Part shown: positions 9,255 through 17,729 of the stretch, piece after piece
How positions within the stretch are numbered: the stretch's first letter is position 1
Layout: each line of letters opens with the position of its first letter
DNA from: a virus
Taxonomy: Duplodnaviria; Caudoviricetes
Length of the DNA stretch: 35,635 bases
IMG/VR virus record: IMGVR_UViG_3300049846_001398
Coordinates: 1 to 35,635 of that record
Strand: one strand, 5' to 3'
Notes under the pieces: generated by a model
The model's database searches: none
What the model was told of the DNA's origin: nothing
The model's input: only the letters and a program-made list of their open reading frames with translations
Position numbers and translations under genes: made by a program

Positions 9255-12200
9255 TCACATGATGTTGGTGGACATACCCATATCGATGTAACCAATTTGC
9301 AGGCTGTTAATCTTGACCTGATCGGGCTGTCCAATTGAGGTTAGGACCAATTTGAGAGTTCTACAGACCCCTGAGAGGGAACACACACGGTTGATCACAG
9401 GCACGTTCATGTTTAGATAACGTGAATACTTCTTTACCGTGTCATTTTGGTCTGTGTAGACATCCACTCTCAGTCTTTGATTGGAGGTCTCACAGTTGAC
9501 CTTGACGTATTTGATTTGTTTGAGGTTTTGGCTGTTGCCAAAGTTCAGCCAAGGGGTCTCAATGACCATGCTGATGTTCTTGGTCAGGTCAGTATTGGTG
9601 GTATCAACAAACAGAATGTCCTGATCGTAGTCACCTGAGTTCAGTTGCTTTACCTGACCAAAGGTGTCCCCAATGTAGTATTTTGAGAAGTTGTCAACAT
9701 CACCGATCCTGCCAGCCGCATTCCACATACCATTCTGTCTGGTTCCCCAAGCCTTCTCAGCATAGGAATAGACCAAGCCCTTCTGGTTGTCAGGGGAATC
9801 GTCACTTGAACTGATCGACCAATAGATTTGCTGTCTTGCAGGGTCATGAATGGCGACGGCAAATATTAGTTCTGTCCTATCCAAATCCTGATAGTAGTTG
9901 TAAATCTCATCCCCAATATTCTCGTTGCCGGCATATGAGGCTAGGAAGGGTCCATATTGGTTGAGACCAATAACCCCATAGTCAGTTGAGACTGTGGTGA
10001 AGATGCCCAAACATCCCTTGTTGCTGGAAACTTGGAAAATGTCTAAAGGATTGCCAGGGTTTGCCGTATAGGATGCCCTGTAGGTCGAGTTCTCTTTGAA
10101 AATGATTAGGTAGTCCTTGAATATCTCGATACCTGTTAGGCCCTGTCCGTTTTCGTTGTCCACATCGTAGTAACCATAAAAATTGGAATCGACTCCCCAA
10201 ATCTGAGGGGCCTGTTGCTCTGAATACCAAAGCCTAGAGGGGTTGTCAGGATCACCAATTCCAATCAAAAGGTTCTTGAAGACTATGGTCTTCTTGAACT
10301 TGGGAACTGGAACCTGATTAATCAGGTAGTTTTGATCATAGTTGATGGCATTGGGAACCTGCTCTGTGTTGGAGCCAGTGTAGGAGATGTCATAGATATA
10401 GACGCCACTCTGACCAACTCCCTGTCTGAATGTGTCGATGTTCCCAAGTGGGTTTGGAAGTCTGTTACCACTGACATCCACAAGGTCTGCCAAGAAGAAC
10501 ACTGCTCCACTTGGTTGGGTGGTGAACACATAGGTTCCAAGTGAGTTCACATCGAAGTTGTATTGCCAAGCCCCTGTGTTGATGCCCGTATTCTGGATGT
10601 TCATGTAGGCAGAGATCCCAGAGTTGTATGGTCCCTGCAATTGAATGGCATTGGTTCCTGTTCCTGCCGCACTGTTGCCAGAGAAGTGAATGACCTCAGA
10701 GGCCCTGAATCCACCAGAGTTCATTGTGGTTGCAAGGATTACATCGAAGTCATAGGTGTTGATGTTGGCAGGGGCAGACACACCTGAGGGGGGTGTGATG
10801 GTCATGCCACTGGCTAGGACAGCCCTTGGTTGTAGACCGTGATATTGCATGGTCAGTCCAGAGGGGTTGTAGTAAATCTGATCCCAACAGAGACCTGAGG
10901 ATTGGCTGTATTGGTGGCTGAACAAAAGGTTCTGGAAGGTCGAATGGGACCATTTGTAGATGTCGCCAATTGCCGCCCCTGTCCAGAGTGTCGTTACAGT
11001 GTTGATGGGGTCATAATCAGCAAAGGTCTGAACCTTGTCCCTTTGAGTGAAAATGATTTCTTGGGTTCTTCGATCACCAATTCGGTAGTCATAAATAGAT
11101 GTGATGGCATTGCCCGATTGGAATGACAGGACACCACAGGTCAGGTCATAGGATCCCCCTGAGTTTCCACTGTAGTTTGCTTGGGTGAAAGACTGTCCAT
11201 TATTGTTCCAGTTGTAGACATAGGTTCCTGAGTAGGTGTTGCCAGTCTCCATGCCAATCTTGAATGGGGATCCAAACCACGTTGTAGGAGCCTGTGTGTT
11301 CACACTGTAGTCAGTGTTCTGAGCGCCTGTGGAGAAGTCAAACCAACCAAAGGAAACCAAATAGTCAGTGTTGCCAGTGATAGAGATATTCACCACGTTG
11401 TCAAAGATGCCATACAACTTGTCTAGGTTGGTCGAGACCCCGTTGACCAAGGTGTTGTATTGATTGACTGGATTGCTGAATACATGGTTTCCAGAGAAGG
11501 AAGCCAAAATGGTTCTTCCATCGATGTTGTAGGTTCCACTTACCATGCTTCCTGTGGCTGAGGTGATTTCAGAGAAGTGACAGAAATACCCTGCATTGTA
11601 GCCAGATGGGTTGATGACAGCCCTGTTTTGGGTGAAGAACGTAGTGGGGTAGGAACCATCAGTGTTGCCAGAGAAGGTATTGGCGTAAAAATAGGCGCCA
11701 TTGATGGTGTAGTCGCCACTTGGGAGGGTTATGACCTGCCCAAACTCAACATTGGTAGTGTCACAAGACGGGGTGTTGAGAGTCCCCTGCCAAGTGGTTG
11801 AACCTGTAACAGCGATCATGGGGAAGACGGGAGCGCCTGTGTAGGTTCCTGAAACTAGAGGGGAAGATTGGTTGTAGTAGGAAGTTGGGTTGTCCACCAA
11901 CATATAGTTAGGTGACTGATAGGCTTTGATGTCCTGACTAATCCAAGCCTTTGACCCTGATGCATATAGGGGTCTGAGGGCATTGGTCTGGTTGGCAGGA
12001 GCGCCGATATACATGAACTCTTCCAACAAGGCAGTGTTGGGTGAGATGTCTTGGTAGGTGTTGTAGTTATACTTTGCCTGATAGCCTCTGCCTGAGTTGG
12101 TTCCTGAGGGGCTAGACCTAATCCAGTGTTGAAGGAAGTAGACACTGCCAGACCTCAAAAGGAATGGAGCGTTGAACTGCCAATCAAAGGTCTGTTCAGC

Positions 12201-12869
12201 CGTGTAGTATTGGACACCACTTAGGCTGTAGGAGCCAAGATTTGCCTGAACAGGTGTGGTCTCAGCAATTGGGTCAGGTGGAATGAATGAGAACGATCCA
12301 GCAGGGTCATAGGCTGGATAGGGTGGAGCGTTGTAGTTTCCAGAGATGCCAATGTTGTGAACGATGTTGTTTGGGGCAGAGGATGTTCCTGACATATAGG
12401 AGACACCCAAAGATGGAACATTGGTCTGATCCAACTTGTAAAGCCTCATCGATACCAATACATCCTGACTGAGGTTTGGGTTTGAAAGGTTTCCCTCAAC
12501 CCCTCTAATGGTCAAATCACCCTGAAAGATGTTGGTGTTGCCTGAGGGAATGATGATGGTTCCAATGTAGTCATAGTATGTTCCAGCCCCAAAGTTTGTG
12601 ACCCAACTGACTGTGGAGCCAGAAGGGAGGTTGTCTTTGGTATTTATGATCGAGACTGGGGATCCTGAGGCATTGACCACGCCACCAAGAATGTCAGTGA
12701 TACCTTCCCTAGAAGTAAGGGACTTTGTATAGAACAAGTCACCATTCTGTAGGTAGGTCAGTTCAATACCTGTCTCATTGGCGTCAACATCTAGGGTCTC
12801 GTTGTTGGCCCTAGTGTTCATCTTTGCGGCAAGGTTAATGATGGGTGTTACATCGGTCTTCAATGGCAT
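9255..12869 (-). CDS. Tail nozzle / DNA stabilisation protein (P22 gp10-like beta-propeller) with large insertions
   Basis: FKNLLIG...SRLWYSE...ITGIEIFKDYLIIFKE-type propeller blades, GCLG, IETPWLNFG...KQIK C-terminus; directly after the adaptor. Confidence 0.8.
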   Translation of the reverse strand: MPLKTDVTPIINLAAKMNTRANNETLDVDANETGIELTYLQNGDLFYTKSLTSREGITDILGGVVNASGSPVSIINTKDNLPSGSTVSWVTNFGAGTYYDYIGTIIIPSGNTNIFQGDLTIRGVEGNLSNPNLSQDVLVSMRLYKLDQTNVPSLGVSYMSGTSSAPNNIVHNIGISGNYNAPPYPAYDPAGSFSFIPPDPIAETTPVQANLGSYSLSGVQYYTAEQTFDWQFNAPFLLRSGSVYFLQHWIRSSPSGTNSGRGYQAKYNYNTYQDISPNTALLEEFMYIGAPANQTNALRPLYASGSKAWISQDIKAYQSPNYMLVDNPTSYYNQSSPLVSGTYTGAPVFPMIAVTGSTTWQGTLNTPSCDTTNVEFGQVITLPSGDYTINGAYFYANTFSGNTDGSYPTTFFTQNRAVINPSGYNAGYFCHFSEITSATGSMVSGTYNIDGRTILASFSGNHVFSNPVNQYNTLVNGVSTNLDKLYGIFDNVVNISITGNTDYLVSFGWFDFSTGAQNTDYSVNTQAPTTWFGSPFKIGMETGNTYSGTYVYNWNNNGQSFTQANYSGNSGGSYDLTCGVLSFQSGNAITSIYDYRIGDRRTQEIIFTQRDKVQTFADYDPINTVTTLWTGAAIGDIYKWSHSTFQNLLFSHQYSQSSGLCWDQIYYNPSGLTMQYHGLQPRAVLASGMTITPPSGVSAPANINTYDFDVILATTMNSGGFRASEVIHFSGNSAAGTGTNAIQLQGPYNSGISAYMNIQNTGINTGAWQYNFDVNSLGTYVFTTQPSGAVFFLADLVDVSGNRLPNPLGNIDTFRQGVGQSGVYIYDISYTGSNTEQVPNAINYDQNYLINQVPVPKFKKTIVFKNLLIGIGDPDNPSRLWYSEQQAPQIWGVDSNFYGYYDVDNENGQGLTGIEIFKDYLIIFKENSTYRASYTANPGNPLDIFQVSSNKGCLGIFTTVSTDYGVIGLNQYGPFLASYAGNENIGDEIYNYYQDLDRTELIFAVAIHDPARQQIYWSISSSDDSPDNQKGLVYSYAEKAWGTRQNGMWNAAGRIGDVDNFSKYYIGDTFGQVKQLNSGDYDQDILFVDTTNTDLTKNISMVIETPWLNFGNSQNLKQIKYVKVNCETSNQRLRVDVYTDQNDTVKKYSRYLNMNVPVINRVCSLSGVCRTLKLVLTSIGQPDQVKINSLQIGYIDMGMSTNIM

Positions 12870-12899
12870 TGATTACTCCAAAATGTAATTTATTTTGTC

Positions 12900-13913
12900 T
12901 TACCTACCCGGACCATCGTCCAAGTGGAACCACGTTGAGTTGTCATATAGGTATGACTGTCCGATACCTGGTTGTCCTGACCTCCAATGCCTAACCTTTG
13001 AAGGCTGTTGGGCATCCCACAATTTCATTGAGTTGATCAACTTCTCTTTTCTCATCAAGGCTTCTGGCTGTCGGTCTGGATTTCGGACTGAATTGAATTT
13101 CTCAAGGACTCCATAGGTGACTGTGTTTTGCCACTGTTCAGGGATGACATTTTGGGTGTCACTATCACTTTGAAGGTCCACATGCTTTTTCTTGTAGTTC
13201 ACAACAAAGGTGTTGCCTGAGTAGGAAGAAGTAGGGAAGGGGAAGAACTGGATTGCTTTGTTGTTGTCAGGGCTAAGACCTGGAAGTTCAAAATATTGAG
13301 ATGGTGTTCCAGAGGCATTGATGGTGCCAATGGGTATCTGCATCACAATGTCTTCGTAGTCCATGTTGGTCAGAACAATGCCTTGCCCCACATTGGAACC
13401 ATTTGAATGAGCAACCACAACACCGGGGGCTAGAAACTTGTCTACATCGGGGTCCAACTGATAGACATACCCAACTCCTGTCCAAATGGCAGTGGTGATG
13501 GAGCCAGAGGTGGAGATACACTGGCTACCACTAGCATCTGTGAAAGAGATTCCTGAGAAGTTGCTCGAAAGGTCACCCACTGAGTTTTGAGCCAACCAAG
13601 TGTAGTTCAGGACATCAGTTGGGTAGGGGGTGATCACAGCCGATACCCCTGTAGAGCCAACCACTGTGGTTCCTGTCACTAAAAGGGATTGGACTCCACT
13701 GATGGTGTGGTAGAAGGGGTAGGATTTGGAGGTTTCAAGGAACTGATAGTCCCAAGCAGAGGTTATCTCCCTGTAGGTGTCGTTGATCATCTGATTGCCA
13801 AGCGTCAATGTGGGGTAGGTAGTGTCATCTAGGTCATAGTTTCCATATGAGTCCTGTATGCCTGCCATCTGGCAGACCATCTGCCTGACTTGTCCTAAGT
13901 TATAGAGAGCCAT
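12900..13913 (-). CDS. Head-tail adaptor / tail tubular protein A (start re-called at MALYNL)
   Basis: INDTYREITSAWDYQFLE, GTPSQY, IQFFPFP, YKKKHVDLQSDSDTQNVIPEQW adaptor motifs. Confidence 0.8.
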   Translation of the reverse strand: MALYNLGQVRQMVCQMAGIQDSYGNYDLDDTTYPTLTLGNQMINDTYREITSAWDYQFLETSKSYPFYHTISGVQSLLVTGTTVVGSTGVSAVITPYPTDVLNYTWLAQNSVGDLSSNFSGISFTDASGSQCISTSGSITTAIWTGVGYVYQLDPDVDKFLAPGVVVAHSNGSNVGQGIVLTNMDYEDIVMQIPIGTINASGTPSQYFELPGLSPDNNKAIQFFPFPTSSYSGNTFVVNYKKKHVDLQSDSDTQNVIPEQWQNTVTYGVLEKFNSVRNPDRQPEALMRKEKLINSMKLWDAQQPSKVRHWRSGQPGIGQSYLYDNSTWFHLDDGPGR

Positions 13914-14679
13914 CTTTCGTGTCCTCAACTTCGATTGATTTTGTGTCAGTGGGGGTTTCTGTTTGGAAGATTGCTTCCTCAACTGGCTTTGTTTCTATGT
14001 AGGCTTCCACTGCCTTAGTTGCTTCTGCTTCTTTTAAGGCGGCTTCGGCCGCCAACTTCAATTCATGCTCCATTGCCAATTTGCGGCCTTCCTCAAATGC
14101 CTCATGCAACTTCTGGCTTCCACCTATCTCTTGGGCCATCTTCTTGTAGATAAAGAAGTCTTTGGCTGAAATGCATCGAGATGGTTTTATGCCGTCAATT
14201 TGAATGTCGTTGATGAAGGCTTTGCAGGCTTCATAGGCGGCAACATAGCCCCTAAAGACGACGGCAACCTCATCTTCACCTCTCAAGTCCTTTGCTTTCT
14301 TGACCATCTTGCCTTGGGAGTTGGCAGGTATCTCTCTGGTTCCAGACTTGCCAACTTTGCAGAGGGGAACAAAGCCATTGTATTCAGGAACAAAGAACCC
14401 AATCTGATGCCCTTGAACCTGATCAGGTCGAGTGATGGTGGGGTTGTAGACCACAAAGAAGTTTGGGTGTAGTTCCTTCCTCAAACGCTTCTCAAACTCT
14501 GCAATCGAAACACTGGCTTTTTCCCCTGAGACCCTGAAATAGGCTTGTTCATCAGCCATACAATAAAAGCCACCGAGAGAACCCATGATGATCCTCTCAG
14601 TGGCAGTAAGTAGGTCAGAGTCCACAATCTCCTTTAGTTTTTTGGTTGGACGCTTCTGAAAGCGCAAGGGTTTGGACAC
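13900..14679 (-). CDS. Hypothetical protein in the head-tail region
   Basis: 259-aa ORF with GTG start, overlapping the adaptor start. Confidence 0.7.
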   Translation of the reverse strand: MSKPLRFQKRPTKKLKEIVDSDLLTATERIIMGSLGGFYCMADEQAYFRVSGEKASVSIAEFEKRLRKELHPNFFVVYNPTITRPDQVQGHQIGFFVPEYNGFVPLCKVGKSGTREIPANSQGKMVKKAKDLRGEDEVAVVFRGYVAAYEACKAFINDIQIDGIKPSRCISAKDFFIYKKMAQEIGGSQKLHEAFEEGRKLAMEHELKLAAEAALKEAEATKAVEAYIETKPVEEAIFQTETPTDTKSIEVEDTKDGSL

Positions 14680-14712
14680 AACTAGCCCCCATTGTAATTG
14701 AATGGTATTGCC

Positions 14713-14976
14713 TTATTTGGTTTTGATCCTAATCACTAGGGCAGGTTTGCCCTTCTTTTCGACCTCTGACTTTGCGAACTCTTCAAGTTCCTCATCTGGA
14801 TTTCGGTCTTTTGGACCCATGTCTTCTGACTCATAGGAATCAGATTCCTCAGGTTCATCCTCATACTCAGCCTTGAGACCATCGATAAGGCTTTGAATGG
14901 TTTGAATCTGATCGGTATGACCTGCTTCTTTGAGGGCTTCAATGAGTTCTTCTGCCAGTTCAATGCAACGATCCAT
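14713..14976 (-). CDS. Small acidic hypothetical protein
   Basis: AGGAG SD; acidic tract; basic/hydrophobic C-terminus KPALVIRIK. Confidence 0.75.
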   Translation of the reverse strand: MDRCIELAEELIEALKEAGHTDQIQTIQSLIDGLKAEYEDEPEESDSYESEDMGPKDRNPDEELEEFAKSEVEKKGKPALVIRIKTK

Positions 14977-14995
14977 GTTTGACTCCTAAAGGGAA

Positions 14996-15025
14996 GGGGT
15001 GGTGGTCCTTGCGTTCCACCACCCC
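14996..15025 (-). terminator. Stem-loop after the major capsid gene
   Basis: GGGGTGGTGG/CCACCACCCC 10-bp stem followed by TTCCCTTT on the minus strand. Confidence 0.65.
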
Positions 15026-15054
15026 CAAATCCCCAATGAACGGTTTGAAACTAA

Positions 15055-16065
15055 TTAGAACAGGCTTGAAGCAGAGGCAATCTGAACAACCCTCTGATTG
15101 GCGGCTGTCGTGTAGTCCTGAGATAGGTTCTTAGCGGCAAAGGCCATCTTGTAGCCAGAAGCCATCTTGATCATCTCAATGACATCGTAGGTTCCCTTAT
15201 CAGCCTGCTTGGTGAAGATTTTGAAAGCCTCTCCATCAAGTTCGACAGAAGCCAACGAAGCATCCCCCCAAAAAGCGGAGTAGTGAACATTGACGTTGCC
15301 ACTGTTAGCAACAACAGGGTTGAGGGAGGTGCTGAACAGGACCGTGCCTGCATAGTCACCAACCACATCGACTCTGCCATCCTCAGGGAACTCAACTGAC
15401 TTCTTTATCTCGTCAATGCCAGCAGGGTTCTGCTTGGCAAGGTCAAGGAATCCGCCACCTGAGTTGCTGTTGGTCAAGTCATACTTCTGACCTGTGGTGA
15501 TAACACCTACATATCTACCATTGCCCTTGGTTGGGACGTTGTTCTGCTCCAAGAAGAAGTGGGCAAAACGGACATCTGCCAAAGTCATGATGTCAGACGA
15601 AGTGATTGAGTTGATAGAACCTTTCTGGTTGGCGGCAAACTGATTGATGCCAAACGTGGTCTGGGAAGCGTTGAAGACCTCATCCCTGATCAAAGCGTCA
15701 ACAGCGTAGGCGCCTGCCTGTTCAACCTGCTCCATCAAATACTTGAAGGAATCGACAACAGACGAATTTGCCAAGAGGCTTGAAGCGGCAAAGACGTTGC
15801 CATATTCCTGAACAGTGGTGGTGATGACACTGGAAGTGGTTGGACCTGGGGTTACAGGAACACCTTCAACCAATGGTGTGGTGTTCTGTGGCTGGACACC
15901 ACCGATCACCCAAGAGTAGGTACGTCCCTTGCCGTCTGGAAGACCCTTCTTATAGGTCAAGTTGTGGTAGACGGTCTTAGCAATCAAACGGGGCAAAGTG
16001 ACGTTCTGGTAGTAGACCCCAAGTGGGGACATTGCTGAGTTGTTAACTGATGTTGAAATAGCCAT
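15055..16065 (-). CDS. Major capsid protein (HK97 fold, N4 gp56-like)
   Basis: LPDGKGRTYSW, TPLVEGVPVTP, TTVQEYGNV, DALIRD, YVGVITTGQKYDL motifs; follows the scaffold; AGGAG SD. Confidence 0.9.
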   Translation of the reverse strand: MAISTSVNNSAMSPLGVYYQNVTLPRLIAKTVYHNLTYKKGLPDGKGRTYSWVIGGVQPQNTTPLVEGVPVTPGPTTSSVITTTVQEYGNVFAASSLLANSSVVDSFKYLMEQVEQAGAYAVDALIRDEVFNASQTTFGINQFAANQKGSINSITSSDIMTLADVRFAHFFLEQNNVPTKGNGRYVGVITTGQKYDLTNSNSGGGFLDLAKQNPAGIDEIKKSVEFPEDGRVDVVGDYAGTVLFSTSLNPVVANSGNVNVHYSAFWGDASLASVELDGEAFKIFTKQADKGTYDVIEMIKMASGYKMAFAAKNLSQDYTTAANQRVVQIASASSLF

Positions 16066-16089
16066 TTGAATCTCCTATTTGTATTTGTA

Positions 16090-16494
16090 TTAGAAGTTTT
16101 TGGGATATGCGTTCCAAGCGTTGCCTGACCAGTTGTAAAGGGTGACAGTTGCGTTGTTACCCGAAATGGTTAGGCTGTTGGAGCCGTTGATCGTGATGCC
16201 GTTATTAGCGACACCTGAGACGGTGATAGCCGCAAACTTTGAGTTTCCGTTTACATCGTTGATGACCACACGCTGAGGGGTTGCTCCACTAGCCTGCAAG
16301 AGGTAGGTAGCCGATCCTGAGAAGTTGTGGTTCAAAACCGATGTAGAAATGAGATTGGAAGTTCCAGCAACGTAGGTCAAATTGCCTGTTCCATTGATGG
16401 TCTGTGCAGCGTAGTCCTGACCACCTGATGCAAGACCAGGAGCAATGTTGCTACGTTGTGTTGAGTAAGTTGTTCCTGTTGGGAGGTATGACAT
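16090..16494 (-). CDS. Putative capsid decoration protein (beta-rich)
   Basis: N/S/G/T-rich, nearly lacking acidic residues; lies between scaffold and MCP. Confidence 0.55.
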   Translation of the reverse strand: MSYLPTGTTYSTQRSNIAPGLASGGQDYAAQTINGTGNLTYVAGTSNLISTSVLNHNFSGSATYLLQASGATPQRVVINDVNGNSKFAAITVSGVANNGITINGSNSLTISGNNATVTLYNWSGNAWNAYPKNF

Positions 16495-16514
16495 TTTGAA
16501 AATCTCCTATTGGA

Positions 16515-17330
16515 TTATGAGTTTTGTCTGAGGAAGTCATAGGCGGCTTGCTCTATGGCATCGTTACCCAAAGCAACATTGGTTTTCGACACCCTGTTGG
16601 GGCGGCTAATACCTGCTGACTGTTGCGCCAATTGAGCCTTGTTCTGGCTTCCTGCTTGTTTTGTCTGGTTGTATTCCCTGATTTTGTTCAACGCCAACTG
16701 ACCAAAGGCGGCTACAAAGAGATGTTCAGGATTTCGAGCAAGTAGGTCAGAAACTTGAGTTCCATATTGAGCCTGAGCATTTTGGAGTAGTTGACCCATG
16801 TAGGGGCTGACTTCGTTGTAGGCTTCCTCTCCATAGGTAGACTTCATCCACTCAATGTTCTGGTTGATCAGACTCTCATTCTGAACCCTTGCTTGTTCCT
16901 GCTGGAAAGGAGCCAGCCGTTCATTCAACATTTGCTCCATTGCCTGCCTTTGGGCTTCCTGCTGTGCCTGCAAAGCGGCTAATGGATTCTGCTGAAACTG
17001 CTGTGCCTGTTCCTGCCTACGCTTTTCCTCAAGAGCCTTCTGCAACTCTGGCAGGAAAGCCTCATAAGGGGCATAGGCGCTCAATCTCTTTTCTAGGGCT
17101 TGAATCTTCTGGCTGTATTCTTGGTTCTTCCTATCGTAAGAACTTCTCAACTCTGAATAGTTCTTGTTCAGAACGTCATACTTGGAAGTCTTAGGCTTGG
17201 AAGCGGAATTGTCTGCTTGAGCAGGTTCCTGTGTCTTTTCATTGGGGGTCTCAACTGAGGGTGTCTCGGTTGTCTGGGTGCTGTCGTTTCCTAAAAGGGA
17301 ACTGACTGCATTATCCAATTCTTCACTCAT
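16515..17330 (-). CDS. Capsid scaffolding protein (start re-called at MSEELD)
   Basis: Disordered acidic N-terminus, YSELRSSYDRKNQEYS coiled coil, Q-rich; AAGGAG SD. Confidence 0.8.
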   Translation of the reverse strand: MSEELDNAVSSLLGNDSTQTTETPSVETPNEKTQEPAQADNSASKPKTSKYDVLNKNYSELRSSYDRKNQEYSQKIQALEKRLSAYAPYEAFLPELQKALEEKRRQEQAQQFQQNPLAALQAQQEAQRQAMEQMLNERLAPFQQEQARVQNESLINQNIEWMKSTYGEEAYNEVSPYMGQLLQNAQAQYGTQVSDLLARNPEHLFVAAFGQLALNKIREYNQTKQAGSQNKAQLAQQSAGISRPNRVSKTNVALGNDAIEQAAYDFLRQNS

Positions 17331-17399
17331 TGGCGTTGCTCCTTTGGGGTCCACTGAGGGATTGTCCCTACCCACCCACTTTGAAGGGGATGGTTTGTT

Positions 17400-17426
17400 C
17401 TCTACCTATATTAAAGTTCTATAAAA
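17400..17426 (-). promoter_or_regulatory. Phage-specific promoter-like motif TTTTATAGAACTTTAATATAGG
   Basis: Upstream of the scaffold/MCP genes; near-identical to 8823-8849. Confidence 0.7.
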
Positions 17427-17431
17427 GATGC

Positions 17432-17719
17432 TTAGTTTTCATCACGCTGTAGGGCTTCGATCCTTGCCAAATTCTCAGCCTCTCGATTGGCTTCTGCTTG
17501 TCGATACCTGAACTCCAAGTCCCTACAGAGATTCAAATAGAAGTTTAGAATCTTCCTGTTGGCGATCAGGTCTGCATGACTCTGAGCATCAGGATTGGTC
17601 TGAACCTCCATGAATTTCGAGTAGGCCATGTCTTCCATGACTGCTTGGAGGTTCTTGAACTGTGGTGAAGTAACCAATTCGGCTAGTTCAGCGCTGATGT
17701 CCTGCTTTTCCCATCTCAT
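17432..17719 (-). CDS. Small conserved protein after the portal (Bbp19-like position)
   Basis: LVTSPQFKNLQAVM helical ORF typical between portal and scaffold; GAGGT SD. Confidence 0.7.
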   Translation of the reverse strand: MRWEKQDISAELAELVTSPQFKNLQAVMEDMAYSKFMEVQTNPDAQSHADLIANRKILNFYLNLCRDLEFRYRQAEANREAENLARIEALQRDEN

Positions 17720-17729
17720 CTATGCCACC

